Assembly (NCBI GenBank): GCA_965223265.1
Contig: OZ244999.1
Span: 5,888,001-5,952,000, forward strand
Reading direction: 5' to 3'
DNA: 64,000 nt
Source: Planctomycetota bacterium
GTDB taxonomy: Bacteria > Planctomycetota > UBA8108 > SXIK01
The position numbers and the translations under genes are program-made. This document shows, one piece after another, positions 21,234-31,200 of the stretch. How positions within the stretch are numbered: the first letter of the stretch is position 1; each line of letters begins with the position of its first letter. Under the pieces are notes generated by a model that saw nothing but the letters and a program-made list of their open reading frames with translations, was not told the origin of the DNA and made no database searches.

Positions 21234-22667
21234 ATGAAGAGAGTCCACCGTGCGCTCGACCTGAACGGCTGGAGTCGCCGGCGCTGGCTGCAAACGGCAA
21301 CGTGTGGTTTTGGTGGCGTCGCGCTCCAGAGTTTGCTGGCAAGAACCGCCATGGCTCAGAGCGCCGATCTCGCATCGCGGCCTTCACACCATCCAGCGCG
21401 CGCGAAGCGCGTCATCTTCCTTTTCATGGCTGGAGGGCCTTCACAGGCAGACCTCTTCGATCCGAAGCCGCTGATCATGAAGAAACACGGGCAGACCGTC
21501 GAAGCGCCGGTCGACGACCGTCAGATCCGCGTCGGCGTCGACAAGTTCCTCGCCATGGGGCCAGTGGCGCCAGTGCGCCCGCGCGGCGACTCGGGCATGA
21601 TGATGTCAGACCTCTTACCGAACCTCGCGCGCGTCGCAGACGAGCTCTGTCTGCTGCGAGCGGTGCACACGGACAACAAGGCACACGCGCCGGCAACGCT
21701 GCAGTTTCACACGGGGACGCTCTTTGCAGCCCAGCCGTCGATGGGTGCCTGGATCAGCTATGGTCTTGGTAGTGAGAACGACGACCTGCCGAGCTTCATC
21801 ACGATTCATCCGCCCGGCGACGGTCGCACGTATGGCTCGTCGTTTTTGCCCGCCGCGCACCAAGGGACGCCACTCCGCGTGCCCACAGATGAACGCGCCT
21901 CCGCGATCAAGTATCTCGAGGACCACGACGCGGACACTCGAGCGCAACGACGACGTCTCGACTTCCTGCAGCGGATGAATCGACGCCTTCTCGATCGGCT
22001 CGGCACCGACGCTCAAATGGAGGGGATCATCGAATCGTTTGAGCTGGCGTTTCGCATGCAAACGGAAACTCCCCAGCTCGTCGATCTCGCCGGGGAATCT
22101 CAAGAGACGCTCGGCCTCTACGGTGTCGGCGAGAAGAACTCCGACCGCAATGGTCGGGCCTGCCTGTTGGCGCGGCGCCTCAGCGAGGCAGGAGTCCGGT
22201 TCGTACAAGTCACCGTGGGCGGCTGGGACCATCACGGTGGCATCCGTGACGCCCTGCCAAAGAGCTGCGCTGGCGTCGACAAACCAATCGCCGGGCTGCT
22301 CACAGACCTGAAGCGCCGCGGCCTCTTGGAAGAGACCCTCGTTCTCTGGTCCGGGGAATTCGGGCGCTCGCCCTGGAGTCAGGACATATCAGGGACGTCA
22401 CCGATCTCCAAGCACGGACGCGAGCATCAACAGGAAAGCTTCTGCGCTTGGATGGCAGGTGGCGGTGTCAAGCCGGGTTTCGTCCACGGCGCTACCGACG
22501 ACTTCGGTTTCCTTCCCGTGGCCGGCAAGGTGCATCTGCACGACCTTCACGCAACGCTCCTTCACCTCTTGGGACTGGACCACGAACGTCTCACGTATCG
22601 CCACGCCGGGCGTGACTTCCGGCTGACCGATGTCTACGGAAACGTCGTGGACGAGATCATTGCGTGA
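21234..22667 (+). CDS. DUF1501 protein
   Basis: SRRRWL Tat-like leader, AKRVIFLFMAGGPSQ.D.FDPKP, GWDHH, GEFGR, RDFRLTDV. Confidence 0.93.
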   Translation: MKRVHRALDLNGWSRRRWLQTATCGFGGVALQSLLARTAMAQSADLASRPSHHPARAKRVIFLFMAGGPSQADLFDPKPLIMKKHGQTVEAPVDDRQIRVGVDKFLAMGPVAPVRPRGDSGMMMSDLLPNLARVADELCLLRAVHTDNKAHAPATLQFHTGTLFAAQPSMGAWISYGLGSENDDLPSFITIHPPGDGRTYGSSFLPAAHQGTPLRVPTDERASAIKYLEDHDADTRAQRRRLDFLQRMNRRLLDRLGTDAQMEGIIESFELAFRMQTETPQLVDLAGESQETLGLYGVGEKNSDRNGRACLLARRLSEAGVRFVQVTVGGWDHHGGIRDALPKSCAGVDKPIAGLLTDLKRRGLLEETLVLWSGEFGRSPWSQDISGTSPISKHGREHQQESFCAWMAGGGVKPGFVHGATDDFGFLPVAGKVHLHDLHATLLHLLGLDHERLTYRHAGRDFRLTDVYGNVVDEIIA

Positions 22668-22807
22668 CCACTCAGTAAAGGGTTCTCGCTCCGATACACC
22701 GTGCGTCGGAACTCTCGTTCTGCGCAAAGCCGGGGCAGAGCCGCGCGTTCGTGGTGTACAATCGAGAGAAGTTCGCCGTCCATCCGCCCCCGCGTCCCGA
22801 GGCTGCT

Positions 22808-24667
22808 ATGGTGCTCGACACGAACAGGATCGAGAGGCTGATCGCCGAGCTCGAGGCGATTCGCTTGAGCGCGTTCCTCCTCGAAAGTGAGTTCGATGCG
22901 GAACTCGCTAAGGTTGCGGAAACCTCACGCGACGGTAGTAGGAATTTGCTGCACTATCTGGCGCTGCGCCGACGAGATCTCCGTCCGCTTCAGGAAGAGC
23001 TAGCGGTCCTTGGGCTATCTTCTCTTGGGCGCGCCGAGGCGCACGCGATGGGCACCATCGAGTCAGTGCTGACGATCCTCTACCGGCTCGTCGGTAAAGA
23101 GTTCGACCCCAAGGCCGACGGCATGCGAGCGGTTGGTTTCCTCGATGGCAAACGTCGACTCGAAGCACACGCGGACTCACTGTTTGGCACAGCCAAGACT
23201 CTTCCTATCATGGTCACCATGCCGAGAGAAGCAGCGACGACCTACGAGGTGGTTCGCGATCTCGTCGCCGGCGGCATGACGTGCATGCGCATCAATTGCG
23301 CGCATGACGATCGCAACGCCTGGGAAGGTATGATTCACCACCTCCGGCGCGCCCGGGAGGAAACGGGACGCGAGTGCCGTCTGTTCATGGACCTCGCCGG
23401 GCCGAAGATACGCACGGGTGAGATGGAACCCGGCTCGCGCATCATCCGCTGGGAGCCGAAGCGCGACGAGCTGGGACGAATCGTCGCCCCGGCGTCGATC
23501 TGGTTGACACCCGCGGAGACGCCCGAGTTACCGCCTCGAGGGACAACACGTACGCTGCCGATCGCTGGCGACCAGCTCGCGCGGCTCGAGCCTGGATGTC
23601 GCCTGCGATTCAAGGACCTGCGCGGCAGATCGCGCAGCTTGAGGATCGTTGAGCGTGTGGGCAACTCCCTCATGGCGGAGTCGAACCAGATTACGTACAT
23701 AGGGGCCGAGTCCATCCTCTTTCCGCATCCCAAGGGTGCGAAAAAGGAAGAGTCGCCTCCGGGCTTCCGCGCCGACGGCATTCAACCGCATTCGCAGTAC
23801 CTGCGCCTCGGTGCCGGAGACACGCTCGTCTTGACGAAGGATCAGACACCAGGAAAGCCCGTCGTCAGAGATGCTACCGGCCAACTCGTGGAAGAGCCGC
23901 GGATCGGCTGCACGCTTCCCGAGATCTTTCAAACGGTGAAGGAAGGCGAACGCGTACGTTTCGACGATGGCAAGCTCGGCGGCGTGGTGACGTCGGTGAC
24001 GCCCGATACTTTGAGGATTCGCATCACGGAACCGATCTCTGGCTCCAGAAAGAAGCTGAGAGCGTCAAAAGGGGTGAACTTCCCAGACACGGAGCTGCGC
24101 ATCCCAGCGCTGACCAAAAAGGATCTGGAGGATATTCAGTTCATCGTTCAGTACGCAGACATTGTCGGGTTTTCCTTCGTCAATCGCATCGAGGACGTCG
24201 AGCACCTGCAGCGCGAGATCTACCGCGCCGCCTCTCGACCGATCGGTATGGTCCTGAAGATCGAGACGCGCCGCGCCTTCGAAAGCCTGCCGCGTCTCCT
24301 ACTAGCAGCCCTACGCAGCGATCCGGTCGGCGTCATGATCGCACGCGGCGACCTCGCCGTCGAATGCGGCTTTGAGCGCATGGCCGAGCTGCAGGAAGAG
24401 ATTCTCTGGGTCTGCGAAGCGGCGCACGTTCCGGTGATCTGGGCAACGCAGGTGCTCGAGACGTTGAACAAAAAAGGTATGCCTTCGCGTGCGGAAATCA
24501 CGGACGCAGCCATGGCGGAGCGCGCCGAGTGCGTCATGCTCAACAAGGGTCCCCACATCTTGGAGACGGTGCGCGTCCTCGACAACGTGATCGGCCGTAT
24601 GCGGTCCCACCAAGACAAGAAGAGCCCGACGCTGCGTGCCCTGAAGATCTCGCGGCTTGATTCCTGA
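22808..24667 (+). CDS. pyk: Pyruvate kinase (long form, no C-terminal regulatory domain)
   Basis: MRINCAH, MDLAGPKIRTG, LKIET, MIARGDL, WATQVLE, PSRAEITD, ECVMLNKG. Confidence 0.9.
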   Translation: MVLDTNRIERLIAELEAIRLSAFLLESEFDAELAKVAETSRDGSRNLLHYLALRRRDLRPLQEELAVLGLSSLGRAEAHAMGTIESVLTILYRLVGKEFDPKADGMRAVGFLDGKRRLEAHADSLFGTAKTLPIMVTMPREAATTYEVVRDLVAGGMTCMRINCAHDDRNAWEGMIHHLRRAREETGRECRLFMDLAGPKIRTGEMEPGSRIIRWEPKRDELGRIVAPASIWLTPAETPELPPRGTTRTLPIAGDQLARLEPGCRLRFKDLRGRSRSLRIVERVGNSLMAESNQITYIGAESILFPHPKGAKKEESPPGFRADGIQPHSQYLRLGAGDTLVLTKDQTPGKPVVRDATGQLVEEPRIGCTLPEIFQTVKEGERVRFDDGKLGGVVTSVTPDTLRIRITEPISGSRKKLRASKGVNFPDTELRIPALTKKDLEDIQFIVQYADIVGFSFVNRIEDVEHLQREIYRAASRPIGMVLKIETRRAFESLPRLLLAALRSDPVGVMIARGDLAVECGFERMAELQEEILWVCEAAHVPVIWATQVLETLNKKGMPSRAEITDAAMAERAECVMLNKGPHILETVRVLDNVIGRMRSHQDKKSPTLRALKISRLDS

Positions 24668-24927
24668 GAATTTGTCGTTGCCGCGCTGGCTCGAGTTGGC
24701 CATTTCGCGTCGAGCCTGGGAAGGCCAGAAGCGTCGAGGCCAAGGAGCGACTCGGGCGCGATCCGCTGGATCGTGGCGGAGGACGGGCGCAGGCATCGGC
24801 GCTCCTGGCCTTCCCCGAAGGGCCGGACAGGAGTCTTTGAACATGCACAAGGGTTCTCAGGATACGAAGAAGTTCGAAAGGCCTTTGAAACCCCGGCAAA
24901 CTCGTCCGGCCAGGCCGGCGCGAAATG

Positions 24928-26915
24928 GTAGAGTCGAGAGGTGGCGCAGTGGTTTAGGCCAAGGACTTTCCGTTTCCGGCTCTTTCGTCTGCCGGTGCCA
25001 AATAGCCTCAGACCGTGCCCTGTTTCCACCTCCCGCTCATCAAACCGGACGTGCGGTTTTCCCGCATCCGGCTTTCGGACAAGGTTCATACTTTCGCCCA
25101 CGGAAAGTTGCGCGTCCGTTCAGTGAGTCGGACTAGACCGAGTACGCGGTGCAGGTATGTGTCGGGAAATCGTGACGTTCCTCGACTCGGCACTTTGTGT
25201 TTACGGCACAACCACTGACGCAGCCGGTTGCCGGCGTGGAAATCCACGGTGGCATAGGCCTTGCTAACAGGCCCAAGGCGGAAGTAGTTGGCCCATCCGA
25301 TCATGGTTCGGTTGAGTTCAGCTACGAGCTCCTTGGCGTCGCGGGCACTCCAGCGACGGCTGGTCTTTTCACTAATCGTGCGGCAAAGCCCCACGACCTT
25401 CTTCTTGGACGGGCGTGTGCCGATGTAGGCTCGACCCGTCTTAGGCGACCAGCACCTTCCCAGCGTGTAGCCCAGAAAGTCGAACGTTTCGTCCGGGACG
25501 CTGCATTGACGTGTCTTTGACTCGTTCACCGTCAGCTTCAGCCGTTGCATCATGTTCCTCATCACGCGCATGGCCTCGTCGGCACTGTCGCGACAGCAGA
25601 TCACGAAGTCGTCGGCGTAGTTGACAATTCGGGCGCGCAAGCGCCTTTGGTACCCGAGCACCTTCCAACCCACGATGAATCGTCGCATGTAGAGGTTACT
25701 AAGCAGCGGTGAGATCGGAGCGCCTTGCGGACAGCCCCGGCCCTCGTCCTTATTGCGCGTCGTTCGATGTTTTCGACCCCGCTCGTCCGTCTCTTCTACC
25801 GGCGCGACAAGCCACATCTTGATCAGATGCAGTACCTGTTTATCACTGATGCGACGTGCCACCGATTTCATGAGCTCGGTGTGTGGGATCGTGTCGAAGT
25901 AGCCGCTTAAGTCTGCGTCGATGACCTCTGTGTGGCCAGTATTCAGTAGCGAGTGGATCTTGCCTATGGCCTCCAAAGCGCTACGGTTGGGACGGTAGGC
26001 GTACTGCTCCGGCTGCAGGTCTGCCTCGAATATCGCTTCGAGGATCAGCACGGCTGCCGTCTGCACGACACGGTCGCGGATCGTTGGGATACCCAACGGC
26101 CGCTGCTTACCATTCGCCTTCGGAATATACACCCGGCGAACCGCTTGCGGACGATACCTCTTCTCTTTGAGCTCCTTCGTCAGTTCGTCCAACCACCGTT
26201 CGAGACCTTCTCTCTCGATGTCTTCGAAACGCTCGCCGTCCACTCCTGTGGCTCCACCGTTGGCACGGCAGCAGCGGTAGGCGTGTTCGAGAACGTCCGG
26301 TCGATACACCTTGTCGTAGAGGGCATAGAAACGAAAGTTGGGCGATTCCTTCGCTTTGGTATGTAACGCCGCCTGCAGCGTCCGAACCTTTGGTGGGGTT
26401 GGTAGGCTCATGCCAATCTCCCGGCTCTCATGGCTTCTGACGTTAACCTTGAACTAAGGCCCCTTCCCTCAACCGGCATTACCCGGCGTCTGCGGTACTA
26501 CGGGCCTATCCGCCGCCCCGGACGGCCCGGCCGGCTCCTCGCGGAGTTCCGGTTTGGCGCTCACGCCGCGCCACCGTCGGGGTTTCCCGTGTTGCATCGA
26601 ATCTCCGTTGGCACGCATGCCATCGCCACTACCCCGGCAGGAACCATTGGATGCTGTCGCTCTTCTCGTCCATTGGTTGGCAGCCTTCCCCTGTTTAGCG
26701 GAGGGTCGGCTCCTGCATTGACTCTTTCGAGGCCTGCTCGGCGTTCACTCACGTTACGGCCTGCGTGCTCGCTGGGTCGCCCAGCGACCCTTTTCCTGAA
26801 GTACTTCGACGTAGGTCGTTACCTCCCTCCGTCGCTCCGGGTGCTACCGGCTGGAGCGACCAGTTGCCGGGTGGGATTCTCACCCACTGAGGATTCGTGC
26901 CTTTTCACGGCGTAC
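24928..26915 (-). mobile_element. Group II intron (IIB-like), about 1988 nt
   Basis: 5' GTACGCCGTGAAAAGG; domain V AAGCCGGATGCGGGAAAACCGCACGTCCGGTTT; domain VI ending CTCGACTCTAC; internal RT. Confidence 0.9.
25086..26411 (-). CDS. ltrA: Group II intron reverse transcriptase/maturase (no endonuclease domain)
   Basis: [44 protein letters not shown] domain X. Confidence 0.96.
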   Translation of the reverse strand: MSLPTPPKVRTLQAALHTKAKESPNFRFYALYDKVYRPDVLEHAYRCCRANGGATGVDGERFEDIEREGLERWLDELTKELKEKRYRPQAVRRVYIPKANGKQRPLGIPTIRDRVVQTAAVLILEAIFEADLQPEQYAYRPNRSALEAIGKIHSLLNTGHTEVIDADLSGYFDTIPHTELMKSVARRISDKQVLHLIKMWLVAPVEETDERGRKHRTTRNKDEGRGCPQGAPISPLLSNLYMRRFIVGWKVLGYQRRLRARIVNYADDFVICCRDSADEAMRVMRNMMQRLKLTVNESKTRQCSVPDETFDFLGYTLGRCWSPKTGRAYIGTRPSKKKVVGLCRTISEKTSRRWSARDAKELVAELNRTMIGWANYFRLGPVSKAYATVDFHAGNRLRQWLCRKHKVPSRGTSRFPDTYLHRVLGLVRLTERTRNFPWAKV

Positions 26916-26928
26916 GCCAAACTCGAGG

Positions 26929-27885
26929 CTATAGGTCTTCGTTTCGCGACAAGAAGTATTGTCGGACGTACTCCTGGAGCTCAGGTTTCTCCGTGTTCCA
27001 GCACCAGGCGCCAGTGTCGGTCTTCGCGATGTCGCGGCGCGGGTCGAAATCGAACGGCCTTAAACTCTCGTGCCGCTCCAGGTATCTACGATCCTTCATC
27101 CTGCCGTGCCACAGGTGAAAAACGTCGCAATCGACGACAGAGACGCGCCCCTGAACGGACGCGAAGTACTCTCGAGCCCACGAAAGGAAGAACTCCGTTT
27201 GACGTTCATTCATCCTGTGCGAACGCACAGCGTCATCGAACCGTCCGAACGCCGCGCACGCCATGACCGTGTCAGCACCGCCTAGGATGCAGCCATCGTA
27301 GAGGCCATGGCGGTCAAGTACGTCTCGTCGGTAGGCCCAGGCGACCCCTCTGGAGCACGTCGCCTGCTGACGTTGCCTGACCGTTCGAAAGTCGCCGTCA
27401 TCCGCCCTGCCTTGAGTAACGCGAGAGAGCAGTGACTCCTCTCCAAACTCGGAATCGGTCCGTCGAGCGGGTCGCACAGTGTGGCCGCGCGGTAAGTGGT
27501 AGATATGCTTGAAGAGTTGGACGACCGCGAAGTGATCGAGCGCTTTGCAGGCTCGGTCCGCCCAGCGATCGTGGTCAAAAAGAACATCGCTATCGACCCA
27601 CGCGATCTTCTCGCACTCAGCCGGAACTGACCGAAGCGCGACGTTGAGCAGACGCTCCTTTTGCCACATGACGTCACCGCCGCGAAGCTGCACAAGGATC
27701 TCGGCGTCGTCGCTACAAAGCTCAAAATTCCCATCGAAGGAGAGCTCCACGGCAACAAGCGGCACTCCGAGATTCTGTCTGAAGACGCGATAGTTCTTGA
27801 GCCGGCTCTCGTAGCGGACAGGATTGAAATGGCAGGTAATCGCCCAAAGAGGACTGTTCGGTCGATCGGGTGGCGGTCGCGGCAT
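26929..27885 (-). CDS. Glycosyltransferase-like (GT-A) protein
   Basis: WQKERLLN, IAWVDSD (DxD), GGAD, HLWHG. Confidence 0.65.
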   Translation of the reverse strand: MPRPPPDRPNSPLWAITCHFNPVRYESRLKNYRVFRQNLGVPLVAVELSFDGNFELCSDDAEILVQLRGGDVMWQKERLLNVALRSVPAECEKIAWVDSDVLFDHDRWADRACKALDHFAVVQLFKHIYHLPRGHTVRPARRTDSEFGEESLLSRVTQGRADDGDFRTVRQRQQATCSRGVAWAYRRDVLDRHGLYDGCILGGADTVMACAAFGRFDDAVRSHRMNERQTEFFLSWAREYFASVQGRVSVVDCDVFHLWHGRMKDRRYLERHESLRPFDFDPRRDIAKTDTGAWCWNTEKPELQEYVRQYFLSRNEDL

Positions 27886-28212
27886 CTCACCTATGAGTTC
27901 ACAGAATTGGCCGTTAGCTTTGAGTCGATTCTACATCGGCTCCCATCGAACGGGCACTTTTTCGCACATGTCTCTCCGGAGCATCGGGAGGAATCTCGCT
28001 TGCGCCTGTCGCGGCCGCGGCGCCGCGCGGTGGAGCGATCAATTCGATTGCGCTGCTCGTCAGCGGCACGTAGGATGGGTGCTGTCTCCTGTGACTGAAG
28101 GCGAGCGAGCAGGCGACGAAGGGTAGCTGGAGACCTGAGCGCCGACGCCGGCGGCGCGCCATCGACAGAGATGGACGACCTCGCGGCATCACGCGCGAGC
28201 GGAGGGACTTTT

Positions 28213-31200
28213 ATGTTGCGCCTCCCTGAGTTTCCCGCTGTTCTGTCTGTTTTTGCCCTCAGCGTGACCACCGCGTACACGGTTCACGCTGCCGACTGCA
28301 ACGGCAATCTCATCGACGACGCCGATGAATTAGCCGCAGCGACAAGCGAAGACTGCAATCGCAACGGCCTGCCGGACGAATGCGAGACACCGCTGCCGGC
28401 GTTCACAATCGACCGCGAGAATCTCTTTCAATCGCGAATTCTGCAGCTCTTCAGCGCCGACTTCGACGGCGATGGCATCGTCGATCTCGCTGCCGGCCGT
28501 CTAGACCAGTTCACGCTCAGACTTCGGGCTCCTGAAGGAGGACCTCGCGAGGTGGAGACACACCCTCACTTCCACCGCTCGTTTCGCATTCAGGCCTGGG
28601 CCATCGGTGACGTTGACGGCGACGGCGACAAGGATGCTCTCGGACTCACCCCTCTTGGACTGTGGCTGCTGCGCAATCGCCTCGATGGTACGTTCGACCC
28701 CATTGTGGAGATCGATGGAACAAACGGCGGCACACATCTGACGCTGGGTGATGCGAACGCCGATGGACTCGACGACGTTTTCGTCGTCAACGGCCGTACG
28801 CAAATTGTGAGGATTCTACTGGTGCGACCGGATGGAAGCCTCGACGCTCAAAGAGAGATGGCCACTGGCGACGGCCCAACGCGGCCCATCGTCGGGGATG
28901 TCAACGGCGATGGAACCATCGATCTTCTCGTTCCGAACCTTGCAAGCCGCGACGTCTCCGTTTTCCTGGGAGCCGGCGACGGCACCTTCTCGACACAAGC
29001 GCCGCTGACGATCGGGCATCGCCTGACGATGATCATCGCTGCGGACTTCAACGGCGACGGCCGCGACGACGTTGCCGTGGCGCATGCAAGGTTCGCGCGG
29101 GTCTACTTTTCGCTCGCTGCCGGTGGTTTCTCCGCTGCTCGAGACCTCGTCGCTTCGAACTCAACGGGTGCATGGATCGCTCCGGTCGATCTTGACAATG
29201 ACGGCGACGTCGACATCGTCGGTTCGTTCACCTCACCGCAAGGAGCTCTCATTTATCTCAATCGCGGCGGTGGCGCGTTCAATGCGGCCCAGCGAATCCC
29301 CCGTTCGACGCTCTCGGGTCCCCTGACCGTCGGGGACTTCGACGGCGATGACCGCGACGACGTTGCCGTCGTCGGATCGCTCAAACGATCTACGGTCGAA
29401 ACCTCCTGGAACGATGGCAGTCAAACCAACGGAGATTCGTTCCTCTTCAAAGAGCGGCGCACTTTGTCGGTCAACGGCATGCCTCATACGATCGCAGCTG
29501 GCGACGTCGATGGAGATGGGGACATCGATTTGGCGACCGGAAATGGAGGCGATGGCAGAGTCTTCACCTTGGTCAACAATGGTGCAGGCGAGTTCCGATT
29601 GGAGCCTCATGCCCTGTTCCCGGCACGTTTCGTGCTTCTCGAAGATCTTGACCACGATGACGACCTGGATCTTGTCGCCCTGTCGGCCGCGAGGACACCC
29701 GCAGGCAGTAACATGCGAATCTATGTCAATGACGGCAAGGGAGCGTTTACACAAAATGGGCCCGGTTTTTACGTCGGGTGCACTGACAACGCGATGGCCG
29801 CGGACTTGGATGGTGACGGGTTCGTAGACTTGATAGCCGGTTTTAACCACTTGGTTGGTAGTGGTGACGCAACTTTCTCTGCCCAAGATACCTTTGAAAG
29901 TTGCAGGTCAGTGACCATCGCTTTCGATGCCGATAGCGATTCGGACAACGACGTGGCGGTTCTCAATCGACACAATCGAATCACCGTCGGCCTGAATGAT
30001 GGTGACGCGGTGTTCGAGTCGACGGCGTTCGACGTTGAAGGCGTCGACTTGGCCGCTGCGGATCTCGACCGCGACGGTTTCCCGGATCTCGTGACGGATC
30101 GAAGCATTCTGTGGAATCGCGGCAACGGAGAGTTCGAGCAACCGGTTCCGCTCGACGAGTCGATGGACTTCACCGCGTTTTCGCTCTTGACGGCGGACCT
30201 TGATCTCGATGGATTCCCAGACGTGGTTGTGACAAGTCAAGCCGGAGAGGCCGCGTATGTCCTCATCAATCGCGGTGATCGCTCGTTCGCAGAGGCAACA
30301 GCCTTCTTTACCGGTTCCGGGCCGCGATTTTCGGTCGTCGCCGACATCGACGGTGACGGCGCCCCCGACTTGATCACGGCCAACCGCGTCGGCGAATCGC
30401 TCACCATCCACCACGGCATCGCAACACACGTCCAACCGACCGACGACTACGTCGAACGTCTCTGCCTCGAGCACGACTTCCGCCGCCTGTCCGCGCCGAC
30501 GTCGACGGCCGCCTCGAGCCCGCGCGCAACGAAGTACATCATCCCAGCACGTGACGACTCGGAGCTGCTGCCGTCGCTCTTTCAAAACGTCAACCGCTTT
30601 CAGCTCCACGAGGAGTTTCTGCGCCGCGCGTTTCCGGATCGGTTTCCGACGCTCTTTCGTGACGAGTTCGAGCGTCTCGTCGGCCGGCGGGCGACGCGCG
30701 ACTATTATGTGGGCGTGCTCCAAGAACGGCCGGAAGACCCTGAGCGGCCAGAGTTTTCCTTCACCGCCTTCGCCGACATCGGTTTCGACCCGCGGGAGAC
30801 TCTGACGCGCGGTGAAGTGACCGCGGTTTATGAACGGCTGCGCCTAGCGTTCACGCTCGGCGAGCTCGTCTACCGCCCCGACTCCGACCCGGCCAGGCGC
30901 GAAGCGGAAAACTGGGGCGCGACGCCTTTCGCGATCGACTTCACTGGCGACGGCGACTCGGCCGCTGCGTACGAGCCGTACACAACCGGGGTGAGCTACG
31001 GCCACGTCCACGTACTCACGCTCGAGGAGTTCGACTCGAGGAGTCGAGGCGGTAGTTTCACGTTCCGCGACATCGTCGTCGTCGATGCGGCGCCGCGCGA
31101 CATCGATAGCGTCGTCGCCGCGCTCGTCACCGCCGCGCCTCAGAACCTGCTCAGCCACACCGCGGTGCGCATGGCGAACCGCGGCACGCCCAACGCCTTT

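Larger units (their letters stand above)
24690..26927. repeat. Small element (about 250 bp without the intron) bounded by 20-21 bp inverted repeats; right arm split by the intron
   Basis: Left arm CTCGAGTTGGCCATTTCGCG (24690-24709). Right arm CGCGAAATG (24919-24927) plus GCCAAACTCGAG (26916-26927). Confidence 0.7.

Noticed and set aside
25086-26411. Retron, DGR or defence-associated RT
   Set aside because: Domain X and flanking intron domains V/VI identify an ordinary group II intron maturase.
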